Below, piece by piece: positions 25,223 through 35,414 of a stretch of 64,000 nt of DNA; position 1 is the stretch's first letter, and each line of letters opens with the position of its first letter. Source of the stretch: an uncultured Clostridia bacterium (GTDB lineage: Bacteria > Bacillota > Clostridia > TANB77 > CAG-508). The notes beneath the pieces were generated by a model. The model was not told the DNA's origin. It worked only from the letters and a program-made list of their open reading frames with translations, and searched no databases. The DNA lies in NCBI GenBank assembly GCA_944386165.1, contig CALXAA010000004.1, positions 1,105 to 65,104 of the forward strand. Reading direction: 5' to 3'. The translations under genes were made by a program, and so were the position numbers.

Positions 25223-27862
25223 ATGGCACAAACAATAGCAGAAATAAAAGATAAATCAGTAATATCACCAATGATGCAAAAATATTTAGAAACAAAAGAA
25301 AAATATAAAGATTGCATTTTATTTTATAGACTAGGAGACTTTTACGAGATGTTTTTTGAAGATGCAATAATAGCTTCAAAAGAATTAGAAATAACATTAA
25401 CAGGAAAAGACTGTGGCTTAGAAGAAAGAGCTCCAATGGCAGGAGTGCCACACCATGCAGCAGAAAATTATGCATCAAAATTACTAGAAAAAGGATATAA
25501 AGTAGCAATTTGCGAACAATTAGAAGATCCAAAAACAGCCAAGGGAATAGTTGAAAGAGGAGTTATTCGAATTTTAACTCCAGGAACAATTGTAGAAAGC
25601 AATTTGCTAGAGGAAAAGAAAAACAATTATATAATGTGTATATGTAAAACAGGGCTTTATTATGGAATAAGTGTATGTGATATTTCAACAGGAGAATTTT
25701 ATAGTTCAGAAATTAAAGGTGAAAATAATTTTGAAATTTTACTAGATGAAATAGCCAGATTTTCTCCATCAGAAATTATTGCTAATTCTATGATGTTTGA
25801 ATGCAAAGATGAACTAGACAAAATAAAAGAAAGATTCAATATATATATGAACAGATTTAATGATAAATTCTTTTCAGAAGAAGAAGGTAATTTACCATTA
25901 GATTACAATATCATAGAAAACAAAAAGCAAGTTGCATCATTAAAAGAAAAAAAATTAGCTGTAAAATCTATAAATGCATTATTAGAATATTTAAATGAAA
26001 CTCAAATGACAAGTTTAGAGCATATAAATACAATAACACTTTATTGTATCTCTAAATATATGTTATTAGATGTTACAGCAAGAAGAAACCTAGAAATTAC
26101 AGAAAAAATGAGAGACAAATCAAAAAAAGGAACACTTTTATGGGTATTAGACAAAACATCAACATCTATGGGAGGTCGTTTACTTAGAAGATGGCTAAAT
26201 GACCCATTACTTGAAATAAAAGAAATTCAGGAAAGACTAGATGCAGTAAAAGAACTAAAAGAAAATATAATGCTAAGAGGAGATGCAACAGAAACATTAA
26301 AAAAAGTTTATGACATAGAACGTCTTGCAGGAAAGATGACATATGGAAATGCAAATGCCAGAGACATGATTACATTAAAAAATTCTTTGCAAAAATTACC
26401 AGATTTAAAAAATGTTTTATCACAATGTACATCTCCAAAATTAAAAGAATTGTATGAAGAATTAGATGAACTAAAAGACATATATGAATTAATAGATAAG
26501 TCAATTATAGAAGACCCACCAATGACAGTAAAAGATGGTGGAATAATAAAAATGGGATTTGATCCAGAAATAGATCAATTAAAAACAGCAACAACAGAAG
26601 GAAAGAATTGGATAATAAAACTAGAAGCTGAAGAAAAAGCAAAAACCGGTATTAAAACATTAAAAATAGGATATAACAAAGTGTTTGGATATTATTTTGA
26701 AGTTTCAAAATCATTTGTATCACAAGTACCAGATAGATTTATAAGAAAACAAACATTAACAACAGGAGAAAGATATATAACAGAGGAATTAAAAACTCTT
26801 GAAAGCCAAATATTAGGAGCAGAAGAAAAAGTTATAAATCTAGAATATAACGCATTTGTTAAAATAAGAGAAGAAATTGCTCTAAACATAAAAAGATTAC
26901 AACAATCTGCTAAAGTTGTATCTACATTAGATGTATTATCATCATTTGCACAAGTTGCAGAAGATATGAATTATTGTATGCCAACAGTTTCAAATAATGG
27001 GAAAATTACAATTAAAGAAGGAAGACATCCAGTAATTGAAAAAATGTTAGGTGTAGGAAATTTTGTACCAAATGACACAATATTGGACAAAGATGAAAAT
27101 AGACTTGCAGTAATTACTGGACCGAATATGGCAGGAAAATCTACATATATGAGACAAGTTGCATTAATAACATTAATGGCACAAATAGGAAGTTTTGTAC
27201 CTGCAACAGAAGCGGAAATTGGAGTAGTAGATAAAATATTTACAAGAGTTGGAGCTTCTGATGACTTAAGTATGGGACAAAGTACATTTATGGTAGAAAT
27301 GATGGAAGTTGCAACAATTTTAAAAGAAGCAACAGAAAATAGTTTAGTAATTTTAGATGAAATAGGAAGAGGAACATCAACATATGATGGACTTTCAATA
27401 GCTTGGGCTGTTGCAGAATATATTGCAGATAAAGAAAAATGTGGTGCCAAAACATTATTTGCAACACACTATCATGAATTGATAGAACTTGCAGATAAAC
27501 AAGAAGGAATAAAAAATTATTCAATAGCTGTTAAAGAAAAAGGAGAAGATATTATATTTTTAAGAAAAATTGTTGAAGGCGGAACAGATGAAAGTTATGG
27601 TATTCATGTTGCTCGCTTAGCAGGAGTTCCTAAAGCAGTAACAAAAAGAGCAAATGAAATTTTAAGAAGTCTTGAAAGAAAGAGTATGTTAAGTGGTAAA
27701 AAGGTAGAAAAAGAAAATAAAAATGTTGTTGAAGGTCAATTTGATATGTTTAACTATAAATTAGCAGAAATAGCACATGAAATTGATAAAATTAATTTAA
27801 ATGAATTAACACCAATTGATGCACTAAATACTTTAGTTAAAATTAAAGAGAAAATGAAATAA
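25223..27862 (+). CDS. mutS: DNA mismatch repair protein MutS
   Basis: The motifs TPMMQKYLE...FYRLGDFYEMF, the Walker A GPNMAGKST, and DEIGRGTSTYDG are present. Confidence 0.97.
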   Translation: MAQTIAEIKDKSVISPMMQKYLETKEKYKDCILFYRLGDFYEMFFEDAIIASKELEITLTGKDCGLEERAPMAGVPHHAAENYASKLLEKGYKVAICEQLEDPKTAKGIVERGVIRILTPGTIVESNLLEEKKNNYIMCICKTGLYYGISVCDISTGEFYSSEIKGENNFEILLDEIARFSPSEIIANSMMFECKDELDKIKERFNIYMNRFNDKFFSEEEGNLPLDYNIIENKKQVASLKEKKLAVKSINALLEYLNETQMTSLEHINTITLYCISKYMLLDVTARRNLEITEKMRDKSKKGTLLWVLDKTSTSMGGRLLRRWLNDPLLEIKEIQERLDAVKELKENIMLRGDATETLKKVYDIERLAGKMTYGNANARDMITLKNSLQKLPDLKNVLSQCTSPKLKELYEELDELKDIYELIDKSIIEDPPMTVKDGGIIKMGFDPEIDQLKTATTEGKNWIIKLEAEEKAKTGIKTLKIGYNKVFGYYFEVSKSFVSQVPDRFIRKQTLTTGERYITEELKTLESQILGAEEKVINLEYNAFVKIREEIALNIKRLQQSAKVVSTLDVLSSFAQVAEDMNYCMPTVSNNGKITIKEGRHPVIEKMLGVGNFVPNDTILDKDENRLAVITGPNMAGKSTYMRQVALITLMAQIGSFVPATEAEIGVVDKIFTRVGASDDLSMGQSTFMVEMMEVATILKEATENSLVILDEIGRGTSTYDGLSIAWAVAEYIADKEKCGAKTLFATHYHELIELADKQEGIKNYSIAVKEKGEDIIFLRKIVEGGTDESYGIHVARLAGVPKAVTKRANEILRSLERKSMLSGKKVEKENKNVVEGQFDMFNYKLAEIAHEIDKINLNELTPIDALNTLVKIKEKMK

Positions 27863-27868
27863 AAAAAA

Positions 27869-27914
27869 GTAGGAAATTATTTTATTTAATTAGAATAATT
27901 TTCCTGCTTTTTTT
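27869..27914 (+). terminator. Rho-independent terminator after mutS
   Basis: GTAGGAAATTATT...AATAATTTTCCTGC followed by a T7 run. Confidence 0.75.
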
Positions 27915-27955
27915 GTGTGTAATAGTTTTTGACAAAAAAAGACATTTTTTTTAAA

Positions 27956-27962
27956 TTCGACA
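27956..27962 (-). promoter_or_regulatory. Perfect Spo0A-type 0A box (TTCGACA on +) upstream of the spoIIA operon
   Basis: The heptamer was read directly. spoIIA promoters are Spo0A-activated in characterised spore formers. Confidence 0.5.
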
Positions 27963-27993
27963 AAACTTCTTAATTTTTACTCTTGGAAATATA

Positions 27994-28017
27994 TGGAAAT
28001 AGATATATAATTTGAAT
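27994..28017 (+). promoter_or_regulatory. Possible sigma-H-like promoter for spoIIAA (TGGAAAT-N12-TGAAT)
   Basis: It loosely fits the AGGAxxT / GAAT pattern. Spacing and bases are imperfect. Confidence 0.25.
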
Positions 28018-28095
28018 GAACAAAAATGAAGGATGAAATGAAACAAAAGGAGTTTCTATCAGAAAATGAACCTTAAGAAAGGAATGATGTAAAAA

Positions 28096-28431
28096 ATGCA
28101 AAGTACATTTTATAAAAAGGACAAGCAATTAGTCTTCGAAATGGAAGAAGAAATTGATGAATACAGTGTACAAAATATAAAAAGGAGGATGGATAATGAA
28201 ATTCAAAGATATATGCCAAAAGAAGTTATATTTGACTTTAGTAATGTTTCTTTTATGGATAGTGCAGGAATTGGACTAGTTATTGGAAGATATAAATTAA
28301 TAGACATGATAGGAGGAGAACTTAAAGTAGCAAATGTAAACTTACAAATACAAAAAATATTTGAAATGAGTGGACTACTAAAATTAATACCAGTTGAATG
28401 TAAAAACAAAAAGGAGGTTCAATATGACTAA
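28096..28431 (+). CDS. spoIIAA: Anti-sigma F factor antagonist SpoIIAA (STAS domain)
   Basis: [19 protein letters not shown] contains the phosphorylatable Ser. It is the first gene of the spoIIA operon. Confidence 0.92.
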   Translation: MQSTFYKKDKQLVFEMEEEIDEYSVQNIKRRMDNEIQRYMPKEVIFDFSNVSFMDSAGIGLVIGRYKLIDMIGGELKVANVNLQIQKIFEMSGLLKLIPVECKNKKEVQYD

Positions 28432-28942
28432 AGCATTTGATAATGAAATGAAAATAGAATTTTTAAGCAAATCACAAAACGAAGCATTTGCAAGAATTGC
28501 AGTAGCAGCATTTATAGCACAACTAGATCCAACATTAGAAGAAATAGCAGACATAAAAACAGCTGTATCAGAAGCTGTTACAAATTCTATAATTCATGGA
28601 TATGAGGGGAAAGTAGGAATAGTAAAACTAGTTTGTAAAATAGTACAAAATGAAGTATTTATAGAAATATCAGATACAGGAAAAGGAATAGAAAACATTG
28701 AAGTTGCAAAACAACCATTATTTACCACAAACTCCAATTTAGAAAGGTCTGGTATGGGATTTACAATAATGGAAAGTTTTATGGACAATGTAGAAGTAGA
28801 ATCAGTATTAGGACTTGGAACCAAAATAATAATGAGTAAAAAGATAAAAACTAATTCTTCTCAAGAAAAAAGACAAGAAATGGATATAAGTGAAGACAAT
28901 TCAAAAGAGTTAATAAATTCTGGAGTAAGGGGAGAGGAATAG
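28424..28942 (+). CDS. spoIIAB: Anti-sigma F factor / Ser kinase SpoIIAB
   Basis: The motifs [19 protein letters not shown]...[11 protein letters not shown]...[11 protein letters not shown] are present. The start is ATG 28424 after AAGGAGG. A C-terminal tail of about 25 aa extends beyond where canonical SpoIIAB ends. Confidence 0.92.
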   Translation: MTKAFDNEMKIEFLSKSQNEAFARIAVAAFIAQLDPTLEEIADIKTAVSEAVTNSIIHGYEGKVGIVKLVCKIVQNEVFIEISDTGKGIENIEVAKQPLFTTNSNLERSGMGFTIMESFMDNVEVESVLGLGTKIIMSKKIKTNSSQEKRQEMDISEDNSKELINSGVRGEE

Positions 28943-29670
28943 TGTATGAAAATGATATGAAAATCATAGAACGTGCCCAAAACGGAAGTAAAGATGATAT
29001 GACAAAATTAATACAAGACAATAGTAGATTAGTTTGGAGCATTGTTCGAAGATTTAATGGAAGAGGATATGATACGGAAGATTTGTATCAAATAGGAAGT
29101 ATTGGGTTAATAAAAGCAATTCAAAGATTTGACACCAATTTCGAAGTTCGACTTTCAACATATGCAGTACCATACATTTTAGGTGAAATAAAAAGATTTG
29201 TAAGAGATGATGGACCAATTAAAATAAGCAGAAGTATAAAAGAACTAAATATCAAAATAAAAGAATTACAAAAGGAATATTTAGAAAAATATGGAAAAGA
29301 AATAACATTAGAAGAAATTGCAAAAGAATTAAAAACATCAAAAGAAGAAATTACAATGGCTCTAGATTCTGCAAGACCAGTAAATTCAATAGAAGATAGT
29401 ATGTATAGAGATAATAAAACAGATAAAACAATTAGTTTAATTGAACAATTATCAACAGGCAAAGATGAAGAAACAGAAATTACAAATAGAATAACAATAA
29501 AAAAATTAATAAGTGAATTAAAAGATAAAGAAAAAGAAGTAATACTTCTTAGATATTATAAAGGAAAAACACAAATGCAAGTTTCTAGAATTCTTGGAAT
29601 AACGCAAGTACAAGTATCAAGAATTGAAAGAAAAGTTCTAGACAATATGAAAAGAAAACTTTCTGTTTAA
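28942..29670 (+). CDS. sigF: Sporulation sigma factor SigF
   Basis: Region 2 is NSRLVWSIVRRF...DLYQIGSIGLIKAIQRFD and the region 4 HTH is TQMQVSRILGITQVQVSRIE. The start overlaps the spoIIAB stop. Confidence 0.92.
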   Translation: MYENDMKIIERAQNGSKDDMTKLIQDNSRLVWSIVRRFNGRGYDTEDLYQIGSIGLIKAIQRFDTNFEVRLSTYAVPYILGEIKRFVRDDGPIKISRSIKELNIKIKELQKEYLEKYGKEITLEEIAKELKTSKEEITMALDSARPVNSIEDSMYRDNKTDKTISLIEQLSTGKDEETEITNRITIKKLISELKDKEKEVILLRYYKGKTQMQVSRILGITQVQVSRIERKVLDNMKRKLSV

Positions 29671-29713
29671 TAAAAGAGCAATCATATTTTCATAAGGAGA
29701 GGAATGAGCAAAT

Positions 29714-30745
29714 ATGAAAAAATTTTTACTCTATTTATTAGGATTTGTATTTGTTGTTTTTATTTTGCCAATTATTTGTACAACACCAAATAAAGAACAA
29801 GAAGTAGTTGCTAATATAACAGAAGAAAATACCGAAATGCAGAGTACAAATAATACAGAAAACAATAATGTACAAAATCAAAATTATGATGAAAATTATT
29901 TAAAATACCAAACAATAAGATTATTACACACCGAAACAGGTCAAATTGAGGAACTGTCTATGGATGAATATCTTTATGGAGTTGTTGCTGCAGAGATGCC
30001 AGCAAGTTATGAAGTAGAAGCATTAAAAGCACAAGCAATTGTAGCAAGAACATATACAATATATCAAGCAATGAATAGTGTAGGAAAACATGAGAATGCA
30101 GACATATGCGACAATTATGCTTGTTGCCAAGCATGGATGAGTAAAGAAGAAAGATTTGCAAGTTGGGACCCTAATGAAGCAGAAGCTAACTGGCAGAAAA
30201 TAGTTGATTGTGTTAATGCAACAACTGGAAGAATAATAACATATAATGGACAACCTATAAATGCATTTTTCCATTCAAATAGTGGGGGAACCACAGAAGC
30301 ATCTTTAAATATCTGGGGAGGAATTGATTACCCATATTTAAAATCTGTTGAAACTTCAGGTGAAGATGGTTATAGTCAATATAGTTCAGAAGTTACAATT
30401 TCAAAAGAAGATTTAGAAAATAAGATGAAAGAAAAATATCAGGACTTTGAAATAGATTTTTCAGATGAAAACTGTGTACAAATTTTGGAATATACTTCAA
30501 GCAATAGAGTTAAAACAATAAAAATAGGAAATAAAGAAATTGCTGGTACAGAAGCAAGAACAATTTTAGGATTAAAATCCACAAATTTTACATTTTCCTT
30601 TGATGGAAGCAACTTTACATTTAGTGTAGTTGGAAATGGACATGGAGTTGGAATGAGTCAAACAGGGGCAGACAGTATGGCAAAAAATGGATCAAATTAT
30701 GAAGAAATAATAAAACACTTTTACACAGGTGTAGAAATTAAATAA
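29714..30745 (+). CDS. spoIID: Stage II sporulation protein D (lytic transglycosylase)
   Basis: The motifs YLYGVVAAEMP...EALKAQAIVARTY...FHSNSGGTTE...GHGVGMSQ are present. Confidence 0.92.
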   Translation: MKKFLLYLLGFVFVVFILPIICTTPNKEQEVVANITEENTEMQSTNNTENNNVQNQNYDENYLKYQTIRLLHTETGQIEELSMDEYLYGVVAAEMPASYEVEALKAQAIVARTYTIYQAMNSVGKHENADICDNYACCQAWMSKEERFASWDPNEAEANWQKIVDCVNATTGRIITYNGQPINAFFHSNSGGTTEASLNIWGGIDYPYLKSVETSGEDGYSQYSSEVTISKEDLENKMKEKYQDFEIDFSDENCVQILEYTSSNRVKTIKIGNKEIAGTEARTILGLKSTNFTFSFDGSNFTFSVVGNGHGVGMSQTGADSMAKNGSNYEEIIKHFYTGVEIK

Positions 30746-30826
30746 TAAATCCTCTTAAAATGAATAATCTTTGAAAAAAAGTAAATAATTGTAATAATAA
30801 AGAATTAAGGAGGAAAGTATATTATT

Positions 30827-31678
30827 ATGAAAAAAGGAAAAAGATTTATAGAAAACGAAAATTTAATCATATATGTTGGAACTGCAATATTTTTTATTCT
30901 TGCAATATCTGTTGGTATAGTTATGTATATGACAACAAAAACAAATTCTAAAACTCAAAATAATGAACAACAGATAAGCCAAGAAAATCAAAGTGAAAGT
31001 GAAATAGCAGAAAATGTTAGTTCAAATATGGGAAAAACAGTTGAAGAACAACAAAAAAGTGAAGAGACTCCAAAAACAGAAAATACAGCTAATACAAATA
31101 GTAGTTCAAAAAAAGAAGAATCTACAACACAAAGTGTAACACCAAAAACTGAAACAACAACACAAAGTACAACAAATAAAACAGAAGCAACCACTCAAAG
31201 TACAACAGAATCTACTCAAAAAGAAGAAACAAAAACAGATGAAGAACAAACTGTAATTGAAGAAAAAAATCCAATTACATTTATAAAACCAACAGATGGA
31301 GAAATCGTTTCTGAATTTGCACAAGAGAACTTAATTTATTCTGAAACCCTAAAAGAATGGGTAACACACACAGGAGTAGACATAAAGGCTGACAAAACTA
31401 GTATTATAAAAGCAGCTGCAGATGGTGTTATATCGTCAATTATAAATGATCCTAGATATGGATTAACAGTTGTAATTACACATGATAATGGATATGAAAC
31501 AGTATACTCAAATCTGTTAACAGCTGAATTTGTTGTAGAAGGTGAAGAAGTAAAACAAGGTCAAACAATAGGAACAGCTGGAAATACAGCAGCATTTGAA
31601 AGCAGTATGGAATGTCATTTACATTTCGAAATATTACAAGATGGTAAATATTTAGACCCTAGTATATATTTAAAATGA
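30827..31678 (+). CDS. M23/LytM peptidase with TM anchor and Thr/Gln-rich repeats (SpoIIQ-like position next to spoIID)
   Basis: HTGVDI...HLHFEI are intact LytM metal ligands. An N-terminal TM helix is present, and TTQS-type tandem repeats lie at about 31100-31210. Confidence 0.8.
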   Translation: MKKGKRFIENENLIIYVGTAIFFILAISVGIVMYMTTKTNSKTQNNEQQISQENQSESEIAENVSSNMGKTVEEQQKSEETPKTENTANTNSSSKKEESTTQSVTPKTETTTQSTTNKTEATTQSTTESTQKEETKTDEEQTVIEEKNPITFIKPTDGEIVSEFAQENLIYSETLKEWVTHTGVDIKADKTSIIKAAADGVISSIINDPRYGLTVVITHDNGYETVYSNLLTAEFVVEGEEVKQGQTIGTAGNTAAFESSMECHLHFEILQDGKYLDPSIYLK

Positions 31679-31684
31679 AAATAA

Positions 31685-31691
31685 TGTCGAA
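31685..31691 (+). promoter_or_regulatory. Perfect Spo0A-type 0A box (TGTCGAA) between the M23 gene and rfbD
   Basis: Read directly, 7 nt after the stop codon. Confidence 0.35.
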
Positions 31692-31823
31692 TTTTAAACA
31701 GTATTAAAAAAAATGTAAAAAAAAGGTACAAGTAACACTTGTACTTTTTTTAATTAAGTGATATTATATAAGCGAAAAAATAAAAAAGGCATTTTTGTGC
31801 TTTAAGAAAGGAAATATTTTATA

Positions 31824-32696
31824 GTGAAAATTTTAATTACAGGAGCTAATGGAATGTTAGCAAAAGAAGTTAAAGAAAAATTTGAAAAAGAAAATGAAAT
31901 TATCGCAACAGATGTATCAGAGCTTGATATTACTAATGAAAAAATGGTATATGACTATGTAATGAAAGTAAAACCAGAATATATAATAAATTGTGCAGCA
32001 TATACAGCAGTAGACAAAGCAGAAGAAAACTATGAATTAGCAGATAAAATAAATGGAGATGGACCAACATATTTAGCCAAAGCTGCAAAAGCTTCTTGTG
32101 CAAAACTAATACATATTTCTACAGACTATGTTTTTGGAGGAGACTTAGATGTATCAAAAGACTACAAAGAAGATGATGAAAAACAACCTGTAACAGTATA
32201 TGGAAAAACAAAACTACATGGAGAAGAAGGAATAATAGCTAACACAGATGAATACTACATATTTAGAACAGCATGGCTATATGGAGTTGGAGGAAACAAC
32301 TTTGTAAAAACAATGACAAAACTAGGAACAACAAGAGATGAAATAAATGTAGTATCAGACCAACATGGAAGCCCAACATATGCAAAAGACTTAAGTAATA
32401 TAATCTATCAATCTATAGAAAAGAAAATTCCTTATGGAATATATAATGCAACAAATGAAGGATATACAACATGGTATGATTTTACAAAAGAAATATTAGC
32501 AGACCAAGGAATAAAATGCAAAGTAAATCCAGTTACAACAGAAGAATATATAGAAATGATGAAAATAACACAAGCCAAAAGACCATATAATTCACAAATG
32601 TCAAAAGAAAAATTACACAAATGTGGAATAACAATTCCAGACTGGAAAGATGGACTAAAGAGATACTTAGAAGAAGTAAAAAAAATTGAACAATAA
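31824..32696 (+). CDS. rfbD: dTDP-4-dehydrorhamnose reductase
   Basis: It has a GTG start, KILITGANGMLA..., and STDYVF. It lies in the rfb cluster. Confidence 0.9.
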   Translation: MKILITGANGMLAKEVKEKFEKENEIIATDVSELDITNEKMVYDYVMKVKPEYIINCAAYTAVDKAEENYELADKINGDGPTYLAKAAKASCAKLIHISTDYVFGGDLDVSKDYKEDDEKQPVTVYGKTKLHGEEGIIANTDEYYIFRTAWLYGVGGNNFVKTMTKLGTTRDEINVVSDQHGSPTYAKDLSNIIYQSIEKKIPYGIYNATNEGYTTWYDFTKEILADQGIKCKVNPVTTEEYIEMMKITQAKRPYNSQMSKEKLHKCGITIPDWKDGLKRYLEEVKKIEQ

Positions 32697-32739
32697 AAGC
32701 AAATTTTAAATAAAAATTGCTTAAAGAAAGGAATTAAAT

Positions 32740-33630
32740 ATGAAAAAAAGAAAAGGAATTATTTTAGCAGGAGGAAGTGGAACAAGATTATATCCATTAA
32801 CACTTGCAATATCAAAACAAATCATGCCAGTATATGACAAACCAATGATTTATTATCCATTATCAATTTTAATGCAAGCAGACATAAGAGAAGTATTAAT
32901 TATAACAACACCAAGAGACCTTGAAACATTTAAAAGCTTACTTGGAGATGGAAGTCAATGGGGAATGAAATTCCAATACAAAATTCAAGAAAAACCAAAT
33001 GGATTAGCAGAAGCATTTATAATAGGAGCTGACTTTATAGGAGAAGACAATGTTGCCATGATTTTAGGAGATAATATGTTTTATGGAGAACACTTATCAC
33101 AAAAACTAAAAGAAGCAAATGAAAGAGAAAATGAAGCAACAATATTTGGATACTATGTAAAAGATCCAAGAGCTTATGGTGTTGTTGAAATTGATGAAAA
33201 TGGAAAAGCCATATCTATTGAAGAAAAACCAGCAAATCCAAAATCAAATTATGCAGTACCAGGATTATACTTCTACACAAATGAAGTAATTGATATCGCA
33301 AAAAATGTAAAACCATCAGCAAGAGGAGAATTAGAAATAACATCAATAAATGAAGAATATATGAAAAGAGGACAACTTAGAGTAGAAAAACTAGGACGAG
33401 GAATGACTTGGTTTGATACAGGAACACATGATGCTTTAATAGAAACAGCAAGTTTTGTACAAACAATACAAAAAAGACAAGGATTACAAATATGTTGCCC
33501 AGAAGAAATAGCATTTGATAAAGGATGGATAAGTTCTGAACAACTATTAGATTTAGCTCAAAGATATATGAAAACAGATTATGGAAAATATCTTAAAGAT
33601 GTTGCAGAAAATGTATTTGGAGAAGAATAA
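32740..33630 (+). CDS. rfbA: Glucose-1-phosphate thymidylyltransferase
   Basis: [16 protein letters not shown]...KQ. Confidence 0.95.
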   Translation: MKKRKGIILAGGSGTRLYPLTLAISKQIMPVYDKPMIYYPLSILMQADIREVLIITTPRDLETFKSLLGDGSQWGMKFQYKIQEKPNGLAEAFIIGADFIGEDNVAMILGDNMFYGEHLSQKLKEANERENEATIFGYYVKDPRAYGVVEIDENGKAISIEEKPANPKSNYAVPGLYFYTNEVIDIAKNVKPSARGELEITSINEEYMKRGQLRVEKLGRGMTWFDTGTHDALIETASFVQTIQKRQGLQICCPEEIAFDKGWISSEQLLDLAQRYMKTDYGKYLKDVAENVFGEE

Positions 33631-33654
33631 ATTAATAAAAAAGGAGAGTTTAAA

Positions 33655-34233
33655 ATGGGAAAGTTTAAAAAAATTGACACTTCAATTGAAGGAGTTTATG
33701 TTATAGAGCCAACAGTATTTGGAGATAATAGAGGCTATTTTATGGAAACATATAGTAAAGAAGATTTTGAAGAAATAGGATTAAATTACAATTTTGTTCA
33801 AGATAATCAATCAAAATCAAAAAAAGGTGTTTTAAGAGGATTACACTTCCAAAAAGAAAACACACAAGCAAAACTTGTAAGATGCATAAAAGGAGAAGTT
33901 TTTGATGTTGCAGTTGATTTAAGACCAGGAAGCAAAACATATGGAAAATGGGAAGGTGTTATTTTAACTGAAGAAAATAAAAAAATGTTTATGATACCAA
34001 GAGGATTTGCACATGGATTTTTAGTATTATCAGATGAAGCAGAATTTGCTTATAAATGTGATGATGTATATAATCATGAAGTAGAAGGTGGATTAAAATA
34101 TAATGATCCAGATGTAGCAATAAAATGGCCAATGGAAGGTTTAAAAGTTGAAGAAATACTTACATCTGAAAAAGATTCAAAATGGCCTAGTTTAAAAGAA
34201 TTAAAAGAAACAGATTTATTCAAAAATTTATAA
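33655..34233 (+). CDS. rfbC: dTDP-4-dehydrorhamnose 3,5-epimerase
   Basis: GDNRGYFMETY...LRGLHFQ...RGFAHGF. Confidence 0.93.
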   Translation: MGKFKKIDTSIEGVYVIEPTVFGDNRGYFMETYSKEDFEEIGLNYNFVQDNQSKSKKGVLRGLHFQKENTQAKLVRCIKGEVFDVAVDLRPGSKTYGKWEGVILTEENKKMFMIPRGFAHGFLVLSDEAEFAYKCDDVYNHEVEGGLKYNDPDVAIKWPMEGLKVEEILTSEKDSKWPSLKELKETDLFKNL

Positions 34234-34250
34234 TAAAAAAGGAGAAACTT

Positions 34251-35216
34251 ATGAAAAACGTATTAGTAACAGGAGCAGCAGGATTTATAGGAGCAAATTT
34301 TGCTGAATATTTTGTAAACAAACATCCAGACTACAATATAGTTGTAGTAGATAAATTAACATATGCAGGAAACCTAGCAAATTTAAATAAAGTAAAGGAC
34401 AAAATTACATTTGTACAAGCAGATATATGTGATTTTGAAAAAATGAAAGAAATATTTAAAAAATATGAAATAAATGGAGTAATACATTTTGCAGCTGAAT
34501 CACATGTAGATAACAGTATAAAAAATCCATTTATATTCACACAAACAAATGTAATAGGAACACATACATTACTTGAAACTGCTAAACAAATTTGGGGAGA
34601 AGGTTCAGAAAACAAATTTGTACATATATCAACAGATGAAGTATATGGAGCATTAGGAGAAGAAGGATATTTTACAGAAAACTCACCAATTAATCCAAGT
34701 AGTCCATATTCAGCATCAAAAGCAAGTTCAGACTTAATTGCATTTGCATATCACACAACATATAAAATGAATGTAAATGTAACAAATTGCTCAAATAATT
34801 ATGGACCATATCAACATAATGAAAAATTAATACCACATATGATTAAATTAGCAATAAATAATGAAAAATTGCCAGTATATGGAACAGGAAAAAATATTAG
34901 AGACTGGTTGTATGTAGAAGATCACTGCAAAGCAATAGATCTAGTATTCCATAAAGGTATTGCAGGAGAAAGATACAATATAGGTGGACACAATGAAAAG
35001 AGAAATATAGAAATTGTAAAACTTATATTAAAACGTCTTGGAAAATCAGAAGATTTAATCCAATATGTAGAAGACAGAAAAGGTCATGACTATAGATATG
35101 CAATAGACCCAAGTAAAATAAAAGCAGAACTTGGATGGGAACCAGAAACAAAATTCGAAGATGGAATAGTAAAAACAATAGACTGGTATTTAGCAAATCC
35201 AGACTGGTTAAAATAA
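34251..35216 (+). CDS. rfbB: dTDP-glucose 4,6-dehydratase
   Basis: VLVTGAAGFIGANF...YSASKASSD. Confidence 0.95.
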   Translation: MKNVLVTGAAGFIGANFAEYFVNKHPDYNIVVVDKLTYAGNLANLNKVKDKITFVQADICDFEKMKEIFKKYEINGVIHFAAESHVDNSIKNPFIFTQTNVIGTHTLLETAKQIWGEGSENKFVHISTDEVYGALGEEGYFTENSPINPSSPYSASKASSDLIAFAYHTTYKMNVNVTNCSNNYGPYQHNEKLIPHMIKLAINNEKLPVYGTGKNIRDWLYVEDHCKAIDLVFHKGIAGERYNIGGHNEKRNIEIVKLILKRLGKSEDLIQYVEDRKGHDYRYAIDPSKIKAELGWEPETKFEDGIVKTIDWYLANPDWLK

Positions 35217-35226
35217 AAAACAAAAA

Positions 35227-35259
35227 ACCATGCATTTTACCTTAAGTGCGTGGTTTTTA
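35227..35259 (+). terminator. Terminator after rfbB
   Basis: ACCATGCA...TGCGTGGT followed by a T5 run. Confidence 0.7.
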
Positions 35260-35288
35260 TTGACTTTAAGCCCTAAATGTAATATAAT
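35260..35288 (+). promoter_or_regulatory. Near-consensus promoter TTGACT-17-TATAAT for the 607-aa gene
   Basis: Read directly. Confidence 0.65.
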
Positions 35289-35340
35289 ATATGGCATACA
35301 AGCTAAAAAGCTTTTTATATAAAATAAATTTCTTTTTCCT

Positions 35341-35366
35341 AATAGTATCTTTTGATAGATACTATT
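35341..35366 (+). promoter_or_regulatory. Perfect 10-bp inverted repeat AATAGTATCT-N6-AGATACTATT in the 5-prime leader
   Basis: Read directly. It is either an operator or a leader hairpin. Confidence 0.4.
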
Positions 35367-35414
35367 TTCACATAAATGTTCGAACACACACTAAAAAAAG
35401 AAAGGAAAAACAAC

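Noticed and set aside
28860-28942. A C-terminal tail of about 25 aa on SpoIIAB, beyond where canonical SpoIIAB ends, overlapping the sigF start.
   Set aside because: It is probably a lineage-specific tail or an effect of where sigF initiates (GTG 28942 versus ATG 28957). No motif is present, so it does not justify a separate claim without alignments.
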